From Myxococcales bacterium (lineage in GTDB: Bacteria > Myxococcota_A > Polyangia > Polyangiales > Polyangiaceae): a DNA stretch of 40,753 nucleotides. The stretch spans positions 1 to 40,753 of the forward strand of contig JAYUYU010000816.1 in assembly GCA_043752365.1 (NCBI GenBank). The letters run 5' to 3'. Under the pieces are notes generated by a model. It saw only the letters and a program-made list of their open reading frames with translations, did no database searches and had not been told where the DNA came from. This document shows positions 19,205 through 28,195 of the stretch, piece by piece. Within the stretch, counting starts at the first letter, position 1; each line of letters begins with the position of its first letter. Made by a program: the position numbers and the translations under genes.

Positions 19205-19355
19205 ACTGTGCCCTGTTCGTAACTCGAGACCTCGAATGTTATCACCGGCGCCAAGTTTTCTTGCGCCAGCATGTAGGCAAAGCTGCGCATGCGCATTCCG
19301 GTGACAACAAAAGGAGGGCTGTGCAACGAGCCGTTGGTCCCCAGCAGCCTAAGGA

Positions 19356-21077
19356 GTGCGTTCGTTGCCGTACCCCCACCCCCGAGTGCCCTACTCCACG
19401 CTTCTAACCGTCCTCGTCGGCCTCTCGGCGTGCGAGGGCACGATTGGGGGTGGCGGTGCCCAAGGAACGGGGCCGGTGGCCGGGGCGAGCTCGCTGGGTG
19501 GCACGGCCGGCCCTACTGCGAGCGGTGGCATGCCCGCCGCACTGGGGGCCGGGGAGGGATGCCTGCCGAGCCGGCGGCTGCGGAAACTAAGCCCGGATCA
19601 GGTCGACGCAACGGTGCGCGCACTCGGGATTAATGCGCCCCCGGCCGCTCAGCGTCTGCGCGACACGCTATCGCTGAGTGACGCTACCTTCAGCAGCTAC
19701 GCCGCGCGCCTGGATCTAAGTCAGCCTCACGTCTCAGAGCTCTTCGACGCTGCCAAGAGCATCGCTACGGCGGCCGTCGCAGCGGGAGGGCCCGCCGAAA
19801 GCTGCATGCTGCCCGCGGCAGAGGCGGACTGCGTGACCGGGTTCTTGACGACTTTCGGCAGGGCAGCTTTCCGCCGGCCCCTCACGGCCGGCGAACTGAC
19901 TACTTTCACTAGCTTTTTCAGCGAACAACGCCAGCTCGACGACGCCGCGACCAGCATGGCCTCGTTGCTGCGTACGCTCTTCATGTCTCCTAGCTTCCTG
20001 TATCGAACCGAGCTGGGGGAGCTGCGGGACGACGGCGGGATCGTGCCCATGACCGCCTACGAGGTGGCGTCGGCAATCGCTTACTACCTGAGCGATGCAC
20101 CGCCCGACGCGATACTGATGGCGGCCGCCGAGCGCGGCGAGCTCGCGACGGCGGCTGGTCGAGGGCCGCAGGTGCGGCGCTTGCTGATGACCCAGGGGCT
20201 AGCGCCTGGACTCTCGCGCTTTTTTGGCGAGTACTTCCGAACTGCGGCCGTGGGTAGCGTGTCGGCCCGCGATACTACGCTGTATCCGGACTTCAACAGC
20301 GACATCGCGCGCGACTTTGGGAGCGAGACGCAGTCCTTCTTTGCAGAGGTCATGCTGAACGATGACGCGCGCCTTTCGACGCTGCTCACGGCGCCATACG
20401 TGATGGTAACCGCCCTCACGGCGCCATTTTACGGCATCAGCGGTGTGACCAGCAGCACCCCGACGCGCATGACGCCGCCCGCCAACCAGCGTTCTGGCAT
20501 TTTGACTCAAGCCAGCTGGCTGACGCGCTTTGCCCACGACAAGGAGGGCAATCCGGTTTCTCGGGGACGCTTCGTGCGCGAGCGGCTGCTGTGCGATTCG
20601 GTACCTCCTGCCCCACCCACGGTCAACGCGGTGCCGCCGCCGCCGGACGGGCAGCGCCAGCACCGCGAGCGGCTGAAGAGTCACGTCGCCGACCCCACTT
20701 GCGCCGGTTGTCACGCGCTCATGGACCCGATCGGACTTTCGTTCGAAAACTACGACGCCGTCGGACGTTACCGAGCGACCGAGCTCGATCAACCGATCGA
20801 TGCCACGGGCAGCACACAAGACGCGAGCGGCGCGAGCTACGAGTTCAGTGATGGGCGAGATCTGTCACGCCAGCTGGCGGTCTCGCCCGTCGTCGACGCT
20901 TGCTTTTCGAAGCAAGTGTTCCTCTACGCACAGGGCATGGCGGGAGACGAGGCTGGCAACTGTGCGTTCAAGACGCTCGCCACACGTCTACAAGCGGCCG
21001 GGGGCAACGTCATCGAAATGATCGTGGCCAGCGTTTCATCCGACGAATTTTTCATGCGCATCAAGGAGGCACCATGA
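19356..21077 (+). CDS. DUF1592/DUF1588-domain lipoprotein with CxxCH (module 5)
   Basis: Lipobox GLSAC; AFRRPL, SPSFLYRTELG, RGRFVRERLLC, CAGCH, DPIGLSFENYD. Confidence 0.9.
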   Translation: MRSLPYPHPRVPYSTLLTVLVGLSACEGTIGGGGAQGTGPVAGASSLGGTAGPTASGGMPAALGAGEGCLPSRRLRKLSPDQVDATVRALGINAPPAAQRLRDTLSLSDATFSSYAARLDLSQPHVSELFDAAKSIATAAVAAGGPAESCMLPAAEADCVTGFLTTFGRAAFRRPLTAGELTTFTSFFSEQRQLDDAATSMASLLRTLFMSPSFLYRTELGELRDDGGIVPMTAYEVASAIAYYLSDAPPDAILMAAAERGELATAAGRGPQVRRLLMTQGLAPGLSRFFGEYFRTAAVGSVSARDTTLYPDFNSDIARDFGSETQSFFAEVMLNDDARLSTLLTAPYVMVTALTAPFYGISGVTSSTPTRMTPPANQRSGILTQASWLTRFAHDKEGNPVSRGRFVRERLLCDSVPPAPPTVNAVPPPPDGQRQHRERLKSHVADPTCAGCHALMDPIGLSFENYDAVGRYRATELDQPIDATGSTQDASGASYEFSDGRDLSRQLAVSPVVDACFSKQVFLYAQGMAGDEAGNCAFKTLATRLQAAGGNVIEMIVASVSSDEFFMRIKEAP

Positions 21078-22462
21078 TTTTGCATCGCCGCCGTTTTCTG
21101 CACGGCCTGAGCGCCGGCGTGGGGGCGAGCCTATTAAGCCCGATGCTGCGAGATATATCCGCCGAAGCGGCGGTTGGCTCGCCGCCCAAGCGCTTCGTCA
21201 TGATTATTACGTCTAACGGCTTCCCGTCGACGGTCGACACTCCCACCAACGAATTCTATCGTCCCGGAGCCGTTGTAGAGCCCCCGGCTGACACGGCCAG
21301 GCTCACACCGTGGAGCAGCGCTCCGCTGCCTAAGCTGCTCGCCCCCTTCGAATCGATCAAGGACGACTTCACGGTCATCGATGGCCTGTCCAACCTGCGA
21401 AACCTCGATCTGCACGGCAACGTGTTCGGCGCTACTTGCATCATGGACAAACCCGCGGGTGCCATGGACGCCCAGCCCGGCGGCATCTCGATTGACCGCT
21501 TCATCGCCAAATCGATCGGCCAGGGCACGCCGTTCGACTCCATCAACCTTTCGGTCATGTACCACGACTTTCAGCCGAATCATCGGAGTTCGGACGGGCC
21601 GGGCATTCAGTTTCCTGCCGAATCCAACCCGATGTCCGCATTCAAGAAGTACTTTGGCGACGCGCCGTCCTCGGCGGCCGACAAAGCCGTAGCAGCACGC
21701 AAGCTGGCTCGCGAACAGAGCATCTTGGCTGCGGTGCGCGCTGACGTGGAGCGGGCCAAAAATCGGCTCGGAAAGTACGAAGCCAGCAAGCTCGATCAAT
21801 ACTTGGAATCGCTGGCGGGCCTGCACAAGCAAATCTCCGCCATGGCCAGCGGCTCGGTGGATTGCTCGGCCTTGACGCCGCCTCCCGTCGATGAAGGCAG
21901 CTACTACGAAGCGGTTAGTCCTGAGGTCGTCGATGCTCAGGTCGAGCTCACGGCCAATGCTCTACTTTGCGGCCTCACGCGCGTGGCAGCGCTCTCGTTC
22001 GGTACCGATGACGGGGGCATCTCCCACTACGGCTTCACGGCGCTCGAGAACAAGCGCTCGCATCACGGCTACTGTCACGATGGAAACCTGGCGGCCCAAA
22101 CCGAGATTCACAGCTACATCTACACGAAGGTCGCGGCTTTGTGGCAGAGGCTCAAGGCCGTGCCCGAGGGCAACGGTAGTGTGGCCGACAACACAGTCTT
22201 CTTGATCATCAACGACGGCGGTGGGGTGCATCACAATGGCACTGACTACATGCCGCTGTTCATGCTGGGCTCGGCCGGTGGGTACCTAAAGAAAGGCATG
22301 TTCGTGGAGTTGCCGGCTCCTCAACTCGGCTACCGGCATTGGCGCGGTGCCCGCTCTACGAGCGACGTCTTCGTAACCGTGGCCAACGCGCTAGGCATCG
22401 ACACGCAGACGTTTGGCGATCCAGCAGTCTGCCAAGGTCCCATCGCCGAGCTCAAAGCCTAA
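21074..22462 (+). CDS. DUF1552 family protein, Tat signal (module 5)
   Basis: AAGGAGG then ATG 21074 (ATGA overlap); HRRRFLHG; ISID, LCGLTRVA, HHGYCH, PEGNGSVADNT. Confidence 0.9.
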   Translation: MILHRRRFLHGLSAGVGASLLSPMLRDISAEAAVGSPPKRFVMIITSNGFPSTVDTPTNEFYRPGAVVEPPADTARLTPWSSAPLPKLLAPFESIKDDFTVIDGLSNLRNLDLHGNVFGATCIMDKPAGAMDAQPGGISIDRFIAKSIGQGTPFDSINLSVMYHDFQPNHRSSDGPGIQFPAESNPMSAFKKYFGDAPSSAADKAVAARKLAREQSILAAVRADVERAKNRLGKYEASKLDQYLESLAGLHKQISAMASGSVDCSALTPPPVDEGSYYEAVSPEVVDAQVELTANALLCGLTRVAALSFGTDDGGISHYGFTALENKRSHHGYCHDGNLAAQTEIHSYIYTKVAALWQRLKAVPEGNGSVADNTVFLIINDGGGVHHNGTDYMPLFMLGSAGGYLKKGMFVELPAPQLGYRHWRGARSTSDVFVTVANALGIDTQTFGDPAVCQGPIAELKA

Positions 22463-24126
22463 TGGTTGGGCCCGGTTGGTTGACGGCCTGTCTGCTGCTT
22501 TGCGTGCTCGGCGGCTGCCAGGGCGCAATCAGCTCGTCTTCAGGTGGTCCTACCGAAGGCGGGCAAGGGACGCCAGGCGCGAGCTTGCCGAATGCTGCGA
22601 TGGGGCGGGCAAGCGCACTGCCGAACCCGGCAACTGCACGGCGCCTAACGCGTTTTGAATACGACAACACCGTTCGCGATTTGCTCGGCATCGAGGCCAA
22701 GGCCGCCTCGGAATTTCCGTCCGAAGAAATGGCCTTGGGGTTCGACGACAACGCCTCAGCACTCATGTTCTCACCCACGTTGGCAGAGCAGGCTTTCAGT
22801 AAGGCCATGCAGCTTGCGCCTGCCGCGGTGGAGAAGGCCAGCAGCTTTGCGCCTTGCACCACAGCCGAAGCCACGGCCGAGTGTGCTCGCAGCTTTGCCG
22901 CTGGCTTCGGCAAGCGGGCTTATCGCCGGCCACTCGCGGAAGACGAGCTAGACCGAATCGCGCAGGTGATGCAACCGAGTGTCGTCGCTGGCGATTTCGA
23001 GCACGCGCTCGAGCTGGCCGCCGCAGTCATTTTGAGTTCCTTTCCGTTCTTCTATCGGGTCGAGCTCGGCACCGGCGTTGCGCCAGCGAACAAGCCGGGT
23101 TTCACCCAGCTGACCTCCTACGAAGTTGCCGCGCGCTTGTCCTATACGCTGTGGGGAAGCTTGCCCGACGACAGCTTGCTTGCGCTGGCGGAGCGGGGCG
23201 AGCTGCAGGACGTTGCAACTATCGAACAACAGGCAGGGCGCCTATTGTCAGACGCACGTGCCCGCCGGGTCATCGCCCGTTTTCACGAACAGTGGTTGGA
23301 GCTCAAACTGATCGCCAGCGCGAACCACGACCCCGCGCTCTTTCCCGACTATACGCCGGAGGTGCCAGCGCTGCTGCGGCAGGAGCTCGACGCCTTTCTC
23401 GACCACGCGGCGTTCGACGGCAAGGGCTTGCGAGACGTGTTCGCTGGCTCGTACAGCTATTGGAACGGCCCGCTTGCCGCTTTCTATGGAGCGGCAGCGA
23501 TGTCGGGCACCGAGTTGCGCCGCGTCGAGCTCGATCCCGGCAGGTATGCGGGGCTGCTGACCCGAGCTGGGCCTTTGTCGTCCCACGCGGGCTTCAGTTT
23601 CACGTCGCCGACGCGGCGCGGCGCATTCGTGCGGCGACGGCTACTCTGTCAGGAACTGCCGCCGCCACCTGCCAACGTCTCGACCACACCTGCCGCTGAC
23701 GTGCCGGGCAAGACACGACGAGACTTGGTGGCGCAGCACAGCCAAGACCCGAGCTGTGCCACCTGCCACGCGCTGACCGATCCCATTGGCCTCGGGTTAG
23801 AGGATTTCGACGCGACCGGCCGCTTCCGAACGCTCGAAAATGCGAACGCGGTAGACGCAGCTGGTGAAGTCGTCGACAGCTCGATCGGAGCCTTTCGCGG
23901 CGGCGCCGAGCTCGGGCAGAAGCTGGCGAATGCGCCTGAAGTCCAGGCCTGCTTAGCCACGCAGATGTTCCGCTACCTGCTAGGCCAAAAGGAGGCTGCC
24001 GGTGATGGCGCGTTGCTGGCGGCCATGGCTCGCGCCGCTGCCTTGCCTGAAAATTCGTATCGCGAGGTGATTCTCGAACTCGTCTCGTCCGATCAGTTCC
24101 GCTACCTGGCGGTTGGAGGTCCTTGA
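22462..24126 (+). CDS. DUF1592/DUF1588-domain lipoprotein with CxxCH (module 6)
   Basis: TAATG overlap at 22460-22464; lipobox VLGGC; RRLTRFEYDNTVRDLLG, RGAFVRRRLLC, CATCH. Confidence 0.9.
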   Translation: MVGPGWLTACLLLCVLGGCQGAISSSSGGPTEGGQGTPGASLPNAAMGRASALPNPATARRLTRFEYDNTVRDLLGIEAKAASEFPSEEMALGFDDNASALMFSPTLAEQAFSKAMQLAPAAVEKASSFAPCTTAEATAECARSFAAGFGKRAYRRPLAEDELDRIAQVMQPSVVAGDFEHALELAAAVILSSFPFFYRVELGTGVAPANKPGFTQLTSYEVAARLSYTLWGSLPDDSLLALAERGELQDVATIEQQAGRLLSDARARRVIARFHEQWLELKLIASANHDPALFPDYTPEVPALLRQELDAFLDHAAFDGKGLRDVFAGSYSYWNGPLAAFYGAAAMSGTELRRVELDPGRYAGLLTRAGPLSSHAGFSFTSPTRRGAFVRRRLLCQELPPPPANVSTTPAADVPGKTRRDLVAQHSQDPSCATCHALTDPIGLGLEDFDATGRFRTLENANAVDAAGEVVDSSIGAFRGGAELGQKLANAPEVQACLATQMFRYLLGQKEAAGDGALLAAMARAAALPENSYREVILELVSSDQFRYLAVGGP

Positions 24127-25499
24127 TGCGTATGACTCGACGCCAGTATCTGCGCGGTGCGGCGGGTGCCATCCTGGCACTGCCGACGCTCGAATCTCTG
24201 CTGCCGGCCAGGCTGGCACATGCCGCGGATCCTCAGCGGTTCGTGCTCGTCATGCAGCCCCTGGGTGTCTTTCCAGCCGCCTTCTGGCCAGTTTCGCCAG
24301 GTGGCAAGCCCTACGAGGCGGGGGCTACCTTCCCCATTGGAGAGACATTTACTACCGGTCTGTCTGCGCTCGACAGCTCGGAGTTTGCACTGCCGGGCAG
24401 TCTTGCTCCGCTCGAGGTGCATCGCAAGGACCTGCTGGTGGTGGAGGGGCTCGATTCCCCGCACGAGGAGCACGGCGGGTTCACCTCGACAACCACGGGC
24501 TACAACAACGCTCCCACCGCCACCTCGGAAAAGACGGCTGGCGGTCCTTCCATCGATAAGGCCATCGCCCGGGTCATCGGCAACGAAACCAAATTTTCTT
24601 CGCTCGAGTTCGGGATCCGCTCGGGTGACGCGGTGCCTACCTTCGACACCGCGAGCTGGTTCGACGTCGGCAAACCGGCGGTCTGTCAGGACAGTGCCGT
24701 GGTCATGTTCAATCGCCTCTTTGGTGATGGCAACATCGACGAGGCGGCTCTGTTGCGACTGCAACTGGAGAGGAAGAGCGTGCTCGACGCGGCTCTTGAC
24801 CAAGCTGCGGCTTTGCGCCCCAAACTGAGCCACAACGACCAGCAGAAGCTCGACCTCTACCTGGACGCGTTTCGTGACGTCGAGAAGAAAGTGGCGAGCA
24901 CCCGTATCTGTCAGGCCCCCGAAAAGCCCGCCGACCGGGACTGGACCGCCTTCGAAGCGATCGACGACTTGCCCGCGATCGCCGCGCTGCAAACTGACTT
25001 GCTCGCACTTTCGATGGCGTGCGACCTGACGCGCGTGAGCTACCTGCAAATTGTCAGCGAAGGCAGTGACCAGCAGAAATTCAAGTGGCTCGACATCAAG
25101 CAGGAAGGCTGGCACTCGCTCTCGCACACCAATCCGGGGGACCCTGATTGGCAGGCTGGCCTATCTGCCATGGGCGCGATCACCCAATGGTGCGCCGGCC
25201 TCGTCGCTAACCTGGTGACCAAGCTCAAAGACCTCGGCGCATTCAACAACACCACCGTGATGTACACCAACAGCATGAGCCATGGCTCATGGCATTCGAA
25301 CGAGAACATTCCGATGGTCCTAATCGGAGGCCTGGGCGGGCACTTGAAGACGGGTCGACACCTGCGCATCGCGGCACCCGCTGCAAAGCGCCGCTCGATC
25401 GTCGACCTACACGCCCAGGTTTTGAAGGGCTTTGGCGGTGCTGACCACTTTGGTGATCCAAAGTTTTCTGGCGGTCCGCTCGTTGAGCTAAGCGGTTGA
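24126..25499 (+). CDS. DUF1552 family protein, Tat signal (module 6)
   Basis: TGATG overlap; TRRQYLRG...ALPTLESL; GPSIDK, ACDLTRVS, WHSLSH. Confidence 0.9.
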   Translation: MRMTRRQYLRGAAGAILALPTLESLLPARLAHAADPQRFVLVMQPLGVFPAAFWPVSPGGKPYEAGATFPIGETFTTGLSALDSSEFALPGSLAPLEVHRKDLLVVEGLDSPHEEHGGFTSTTTGYNNAPTATSEKTAGGPSIDKAIARVIGNETKFSSLEFGIRSGDAVPTFDTASWFDVGKPAVCQDSAVVMFNRLFGDGNIDEAALLRLQLERKSVLDAALDQAAALRPKLSHNDQQKLDLYLDAFRDVEKKVASTRICQAPEKPADRDWTAFEAIDDLPAIAALQTDLLALSMACDLTRVSYLQIVSEGSDQQKFKWLDIKQEGWHSLSHTNPGDPDWQAGLSAMGAITQWCAGLVANLVTKLKDLGAFNNTTVMYTNSMSHGSWHSNENIPMVLIGGLGGHLKTGRHLRIAAPAAKRRSIVDLHAQVLKGFGGADHFGDPKFSGGPLVELSG

Positions 25500-25521
25500 G
25501 CCAAGTCCCACAAGAGTGTGA

Positions 25522-26976
25522 CTACCTGGCGGTCAGCTTGACGAGGAAGCCGTCTGTCCCAATGTTGCTCGTCACGGTGCGCCCTGGCAGCCTGAGCGCG
25601 CCATCGAAAGAGCCCGTCACGTAGAGCGACCCGTCGAGCGCGACAGCCAGGTCCGTCGCTTCACCGTTGTTCATCGCAAACGCCTGGGCAGACTGCGGCG
25701 CACCCTCGTGGTTAAGGCGAGCGACGAAAAACGCATTGGAGAAGCCGCCAACCAGTTCAGTCCCAAAGCTCACGGCGTCGCCCTGCATGCCGAGCAGCAG
25801 CACGTCGCCGTTGGGGGCGAGCTGCAGACGCACTCCCCAATCGTCCGACATGCTTCCAAAGCTTTTCGACCACCGGTGGCTGCCGTTGGCAGCGTAACTC
25901 GCCACGAATATGTCCTTGAGCCCGGTGTGGCTGACGGCCGGGCCACCGAGCGAGATGGACGAGCCCACGAAACCTGCAACGTAGGTGATGTCGCCGTCGG
26001 CTCGAAGCACCGAGAGAGCCGCGTCGTCGCCAACACCGCCAAAGTGGTGCGTGACCAAACTGTTGCCGTCGGCATCGAGCCAGCTGAGCAGGATGTCGCC
26101 GCCTGCTTCGCTAGTTTCTTCACCAACCAAGACGGTTCCGGTGGAAAGCCAGGCAGCGGCGTTCCATCGCTGCTGGGTACCCGTGGGCTTGAGCGAGCGA
26201 AGCGGCCCCCCCGCCTCGAACGTGGCCACGAACCCAAACGGCTTGCCCTCTACCGGCGCCGGCAGCCCAAGCCCGTCGCCCTCGAGCGACGCTACATGGT
26301 TGCCAGCGAGGCTGATGCTGGCGTCTTGTTTCACGACGAGCGCCGCCCCGTTGACGGGCTCGAGCTGCCCGCCGGCGGCATTGCGCAAGATCTTCCACCA
26401 CGACCCTTGGCCCTTCGTGTCGAACGCCAAGAGGGCCAGCGCCCCGTTGCTCACCTCGGGCACGTAAAGCCCGGCAACCTCGATGGGGTTGACGTAGCGC
26501 ACGGCTAGCAAGGGGCCCTCTGCCCGGAGTGACAGCGCGTCGATGCGCGTCTCGTTGAGACTGCCCATGTTCAGCAGCCAACGGGGGGCGCCTTCTGGTG
26601 TGAGGCTGCCCAAGAAGGCGTTTACCCGCGCCCCTCCGACGGGCAGCGTTTGATCGGGGAAGTTCGCCGCGTCTTCGAATTCTCCCGCGAAATAGACGTT
26701 ATCCTGCTCGTCCGTCGCCACGCGTCGCCCAAGCTGGGAGCGGCGTCCCGAAACGGCGTAGAACCAGCGGAAGCCCCACACGCAATCTGTCGGGTCGCAG
26801 TCGCCGGGTCGATCCGAAGTCGAGCCCGCTTCGCCTCCCGTGGCCGCCCACTCGACCCCGATCTCGTGATCGATGGGGGTGCAGGAGGGCAAAATGAGCG
26901 CAGCCGCTAAGGTAGTGCTTGCGAACGCGATGACTCGCGCGCCGCATGCTCGTGCGCACAAGTCTCCGGCGCTCAC
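25522..26976 (-). CDS. Putative lipoprotein with SBBP-like beta-propeller repeats
   Basis: Repeats such as VATDEQDNVYFAGEF, DIFVASYAANGSHRWSKSFG and DLAVALDGSLYVTGSF; possible lipobox LPSC. Start placed at the GTGA overlap (26976) rather than 27111. Confidence 0.7.
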   Translation of the reverse strand: MSAGDLCARACGARVIAFASTTLAAALILPSCTPIDHEIGVEWAATGGEAGSTSDRPGDCDPTDCVWGFRWFYAVSGRRSQLGRRVATDEQDNVYFAGEFEDAANFPDQTLPVGGARVNAFLGSLTPEGAPRWLLNMGSLNETRIDALSLRAEGPLLAVRYVNPIEVAGLYVPEVSNGALALLAFDTKGQGSWWKILRNAAGGQLEPVNGAALVVKQDASISLAGNHVASLEGDGLGLPAPVEGKPFGFVATFEAGGPLRSLKPTGTQQRWNAAAWLSTGTVLVGEETSEAGGDILLSWLDADGNSLVTHHFGGVGDDAALSVLRADGDITYVAGFVGSSISLGGPAVSHTGLKDIFVASYAANGSHRWSKSFGSMSDDWGVRLQLAPNGDVLLLGMQGDAVSFGTELVGGFSNAFFVARLNHEGAPQSAQAFAMNNGEATDLAVALDGSLYVTGSFDGALRLPGRTVTSNIGTDGFLVKLTAR

Positions 26977-28082
26977 CATGCCACCAAAGCCGCTATCCCT
27001 GGCCGCGCCCGCCACGGCTCGAACGCCACCACCTGTGTCTCTCGTCGGCGAACCGTATAGCGCGTGCCAACTGGATCGATATCTAAGAATGTCATCACGC
27101 CGAAGCCCCAACCTGGCATTTCATATTGCCAGGTCAAAACGGGCCTGAGCATCGCTGCGGCAATCCATCGGCTCTTGCCCAACGTGACGGTGTCAGGCTC
27201 GGGCCCGCGAGGCGAGAGCCAGGTAAAATTTACGCCAGCGCAAGCTGCTAGCGACAAGCGTGAGCGGGTCCCCCTTGCCAGGTTCCACGCGATGCCCGCT
27301 CTTGCAGCCAGCGTCGAAAGGCGGGCGCTCGCGCCAGCTCCTTCGAACGTGGCTGGCAGCTGGTACTGCAAAGAATAGGTCGAATGGAGCTTGGATCCGG
27401 GAAGCACCTCGAGGCCTAGCCCCGGGCCGTGAACGATTGGCTTTGCCGACGAGGTTTCAGCGCTCGCGCCGTAGAAGCCCCACGGCTGTAACGTCCGTGC
27501 TGGGGCATCTGCCGTCGCCCGCACGGCCCTAGCTGGCGGCCCGGAGCTCGATGGGGGCCGCGCGTGGGCGGCTTGCAACGCTTGCTCCGCTCCCTCGCGG
27601 CTGAGCTCGAGGGAGCCCCCACTAAGTAGCAGCCGCACCGCGCCGTCCACGATAGCTCCGGCGGCCTCGCGGGCTAGCTCGGATTTGCCCTGTTCGATGC
27701 GAACTTCGCGAAACGCGAAGCTTTGCGCCCGGGCGTTCGACATATACAGCGTGATCGCGTCGGGCTCACGCAAGTCGATGAAAATGCGCCCGACGATGCT
27801 GGTCGGGTCGGCAGGGGGCTTGAGCACATCTTTGATCGAGATATCTTGGGTTACGAAGAAGCGCGCGTGAACGCCCTGCTCGTCGAGCAGCCGCTTCACA
27901 ACCAGTTGGATGCGCGCTGCCTCTGGTTCGGGTCCGACGATGCGCAGCTCCAGCCCGGCCGAGTCGGACCCACTCGATGCACTGAAGGCAGGGCGCCCAA
28001 TTGCCGAAATCGCTGAAATCCACACTGTCGCGAGCCACACGACGAACAGGCGGCGCATCGGATGCTGGCGACCCATCGACAT
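26973..28082 (-). CDS. Hypothetical exported protein with an alpha/beta N-domain and a beta-strand-rich C-terminus ending in Trp (possible outer-membrane barrel)
   Basis: Signal-peptide-like N-terminus, Pro/Ala linker, amphipathic beta-strands and a terminal aromatic residue. Confidence 0.6.
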   Translation of the reverse strand: MSMGRQHPMRRLFVVWLATVWISAISAIGRPAFSASSGSDSAGLELRIVGPEPEAARIQLVVKRLLDEQGVHARFFVTQDISIKDVLKPPADPTSIVGRIFIDLREPDAITLYMSNARAQSFAFREVRIEQGKSELAREAAGAIVDGAVRLLLSGGSLELSREGAEQALQAAHARPPSSSGPPARAVRATADAPARTLQPWGFYGASAETSSAKPIVHGPGLGLEVLPGSKLHSTYSLQYQLPATFEGAGASARLSTLAARAGIAWNLARGTRSRLSLAACAGVNFTWLSPRGPEPDTVTLGKSRWIAAAMLRPVLTWQYEMPGWGFGVMTFLDIDPVGTRYTVRRRETQVVAFEPWRARPGIAALVAW

Positions 28083-28195
28083 GGCCCCAGTCTAGCCCGC
28101 TTCGTCGGCCACCTAGTCAAATGAGTCGGCGGCCCCCCAACGGAGGGCTCCCCTCCGGCACCGTCTGGCCTACTTGTGCTCGCTGCTCGCGCTCG

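Noticed and set aside
2128-25499. The six modules as assembly duplicates or a recent tandem amplification
   Set aside because: The paralogs share only short motifs and differ in order and strand.
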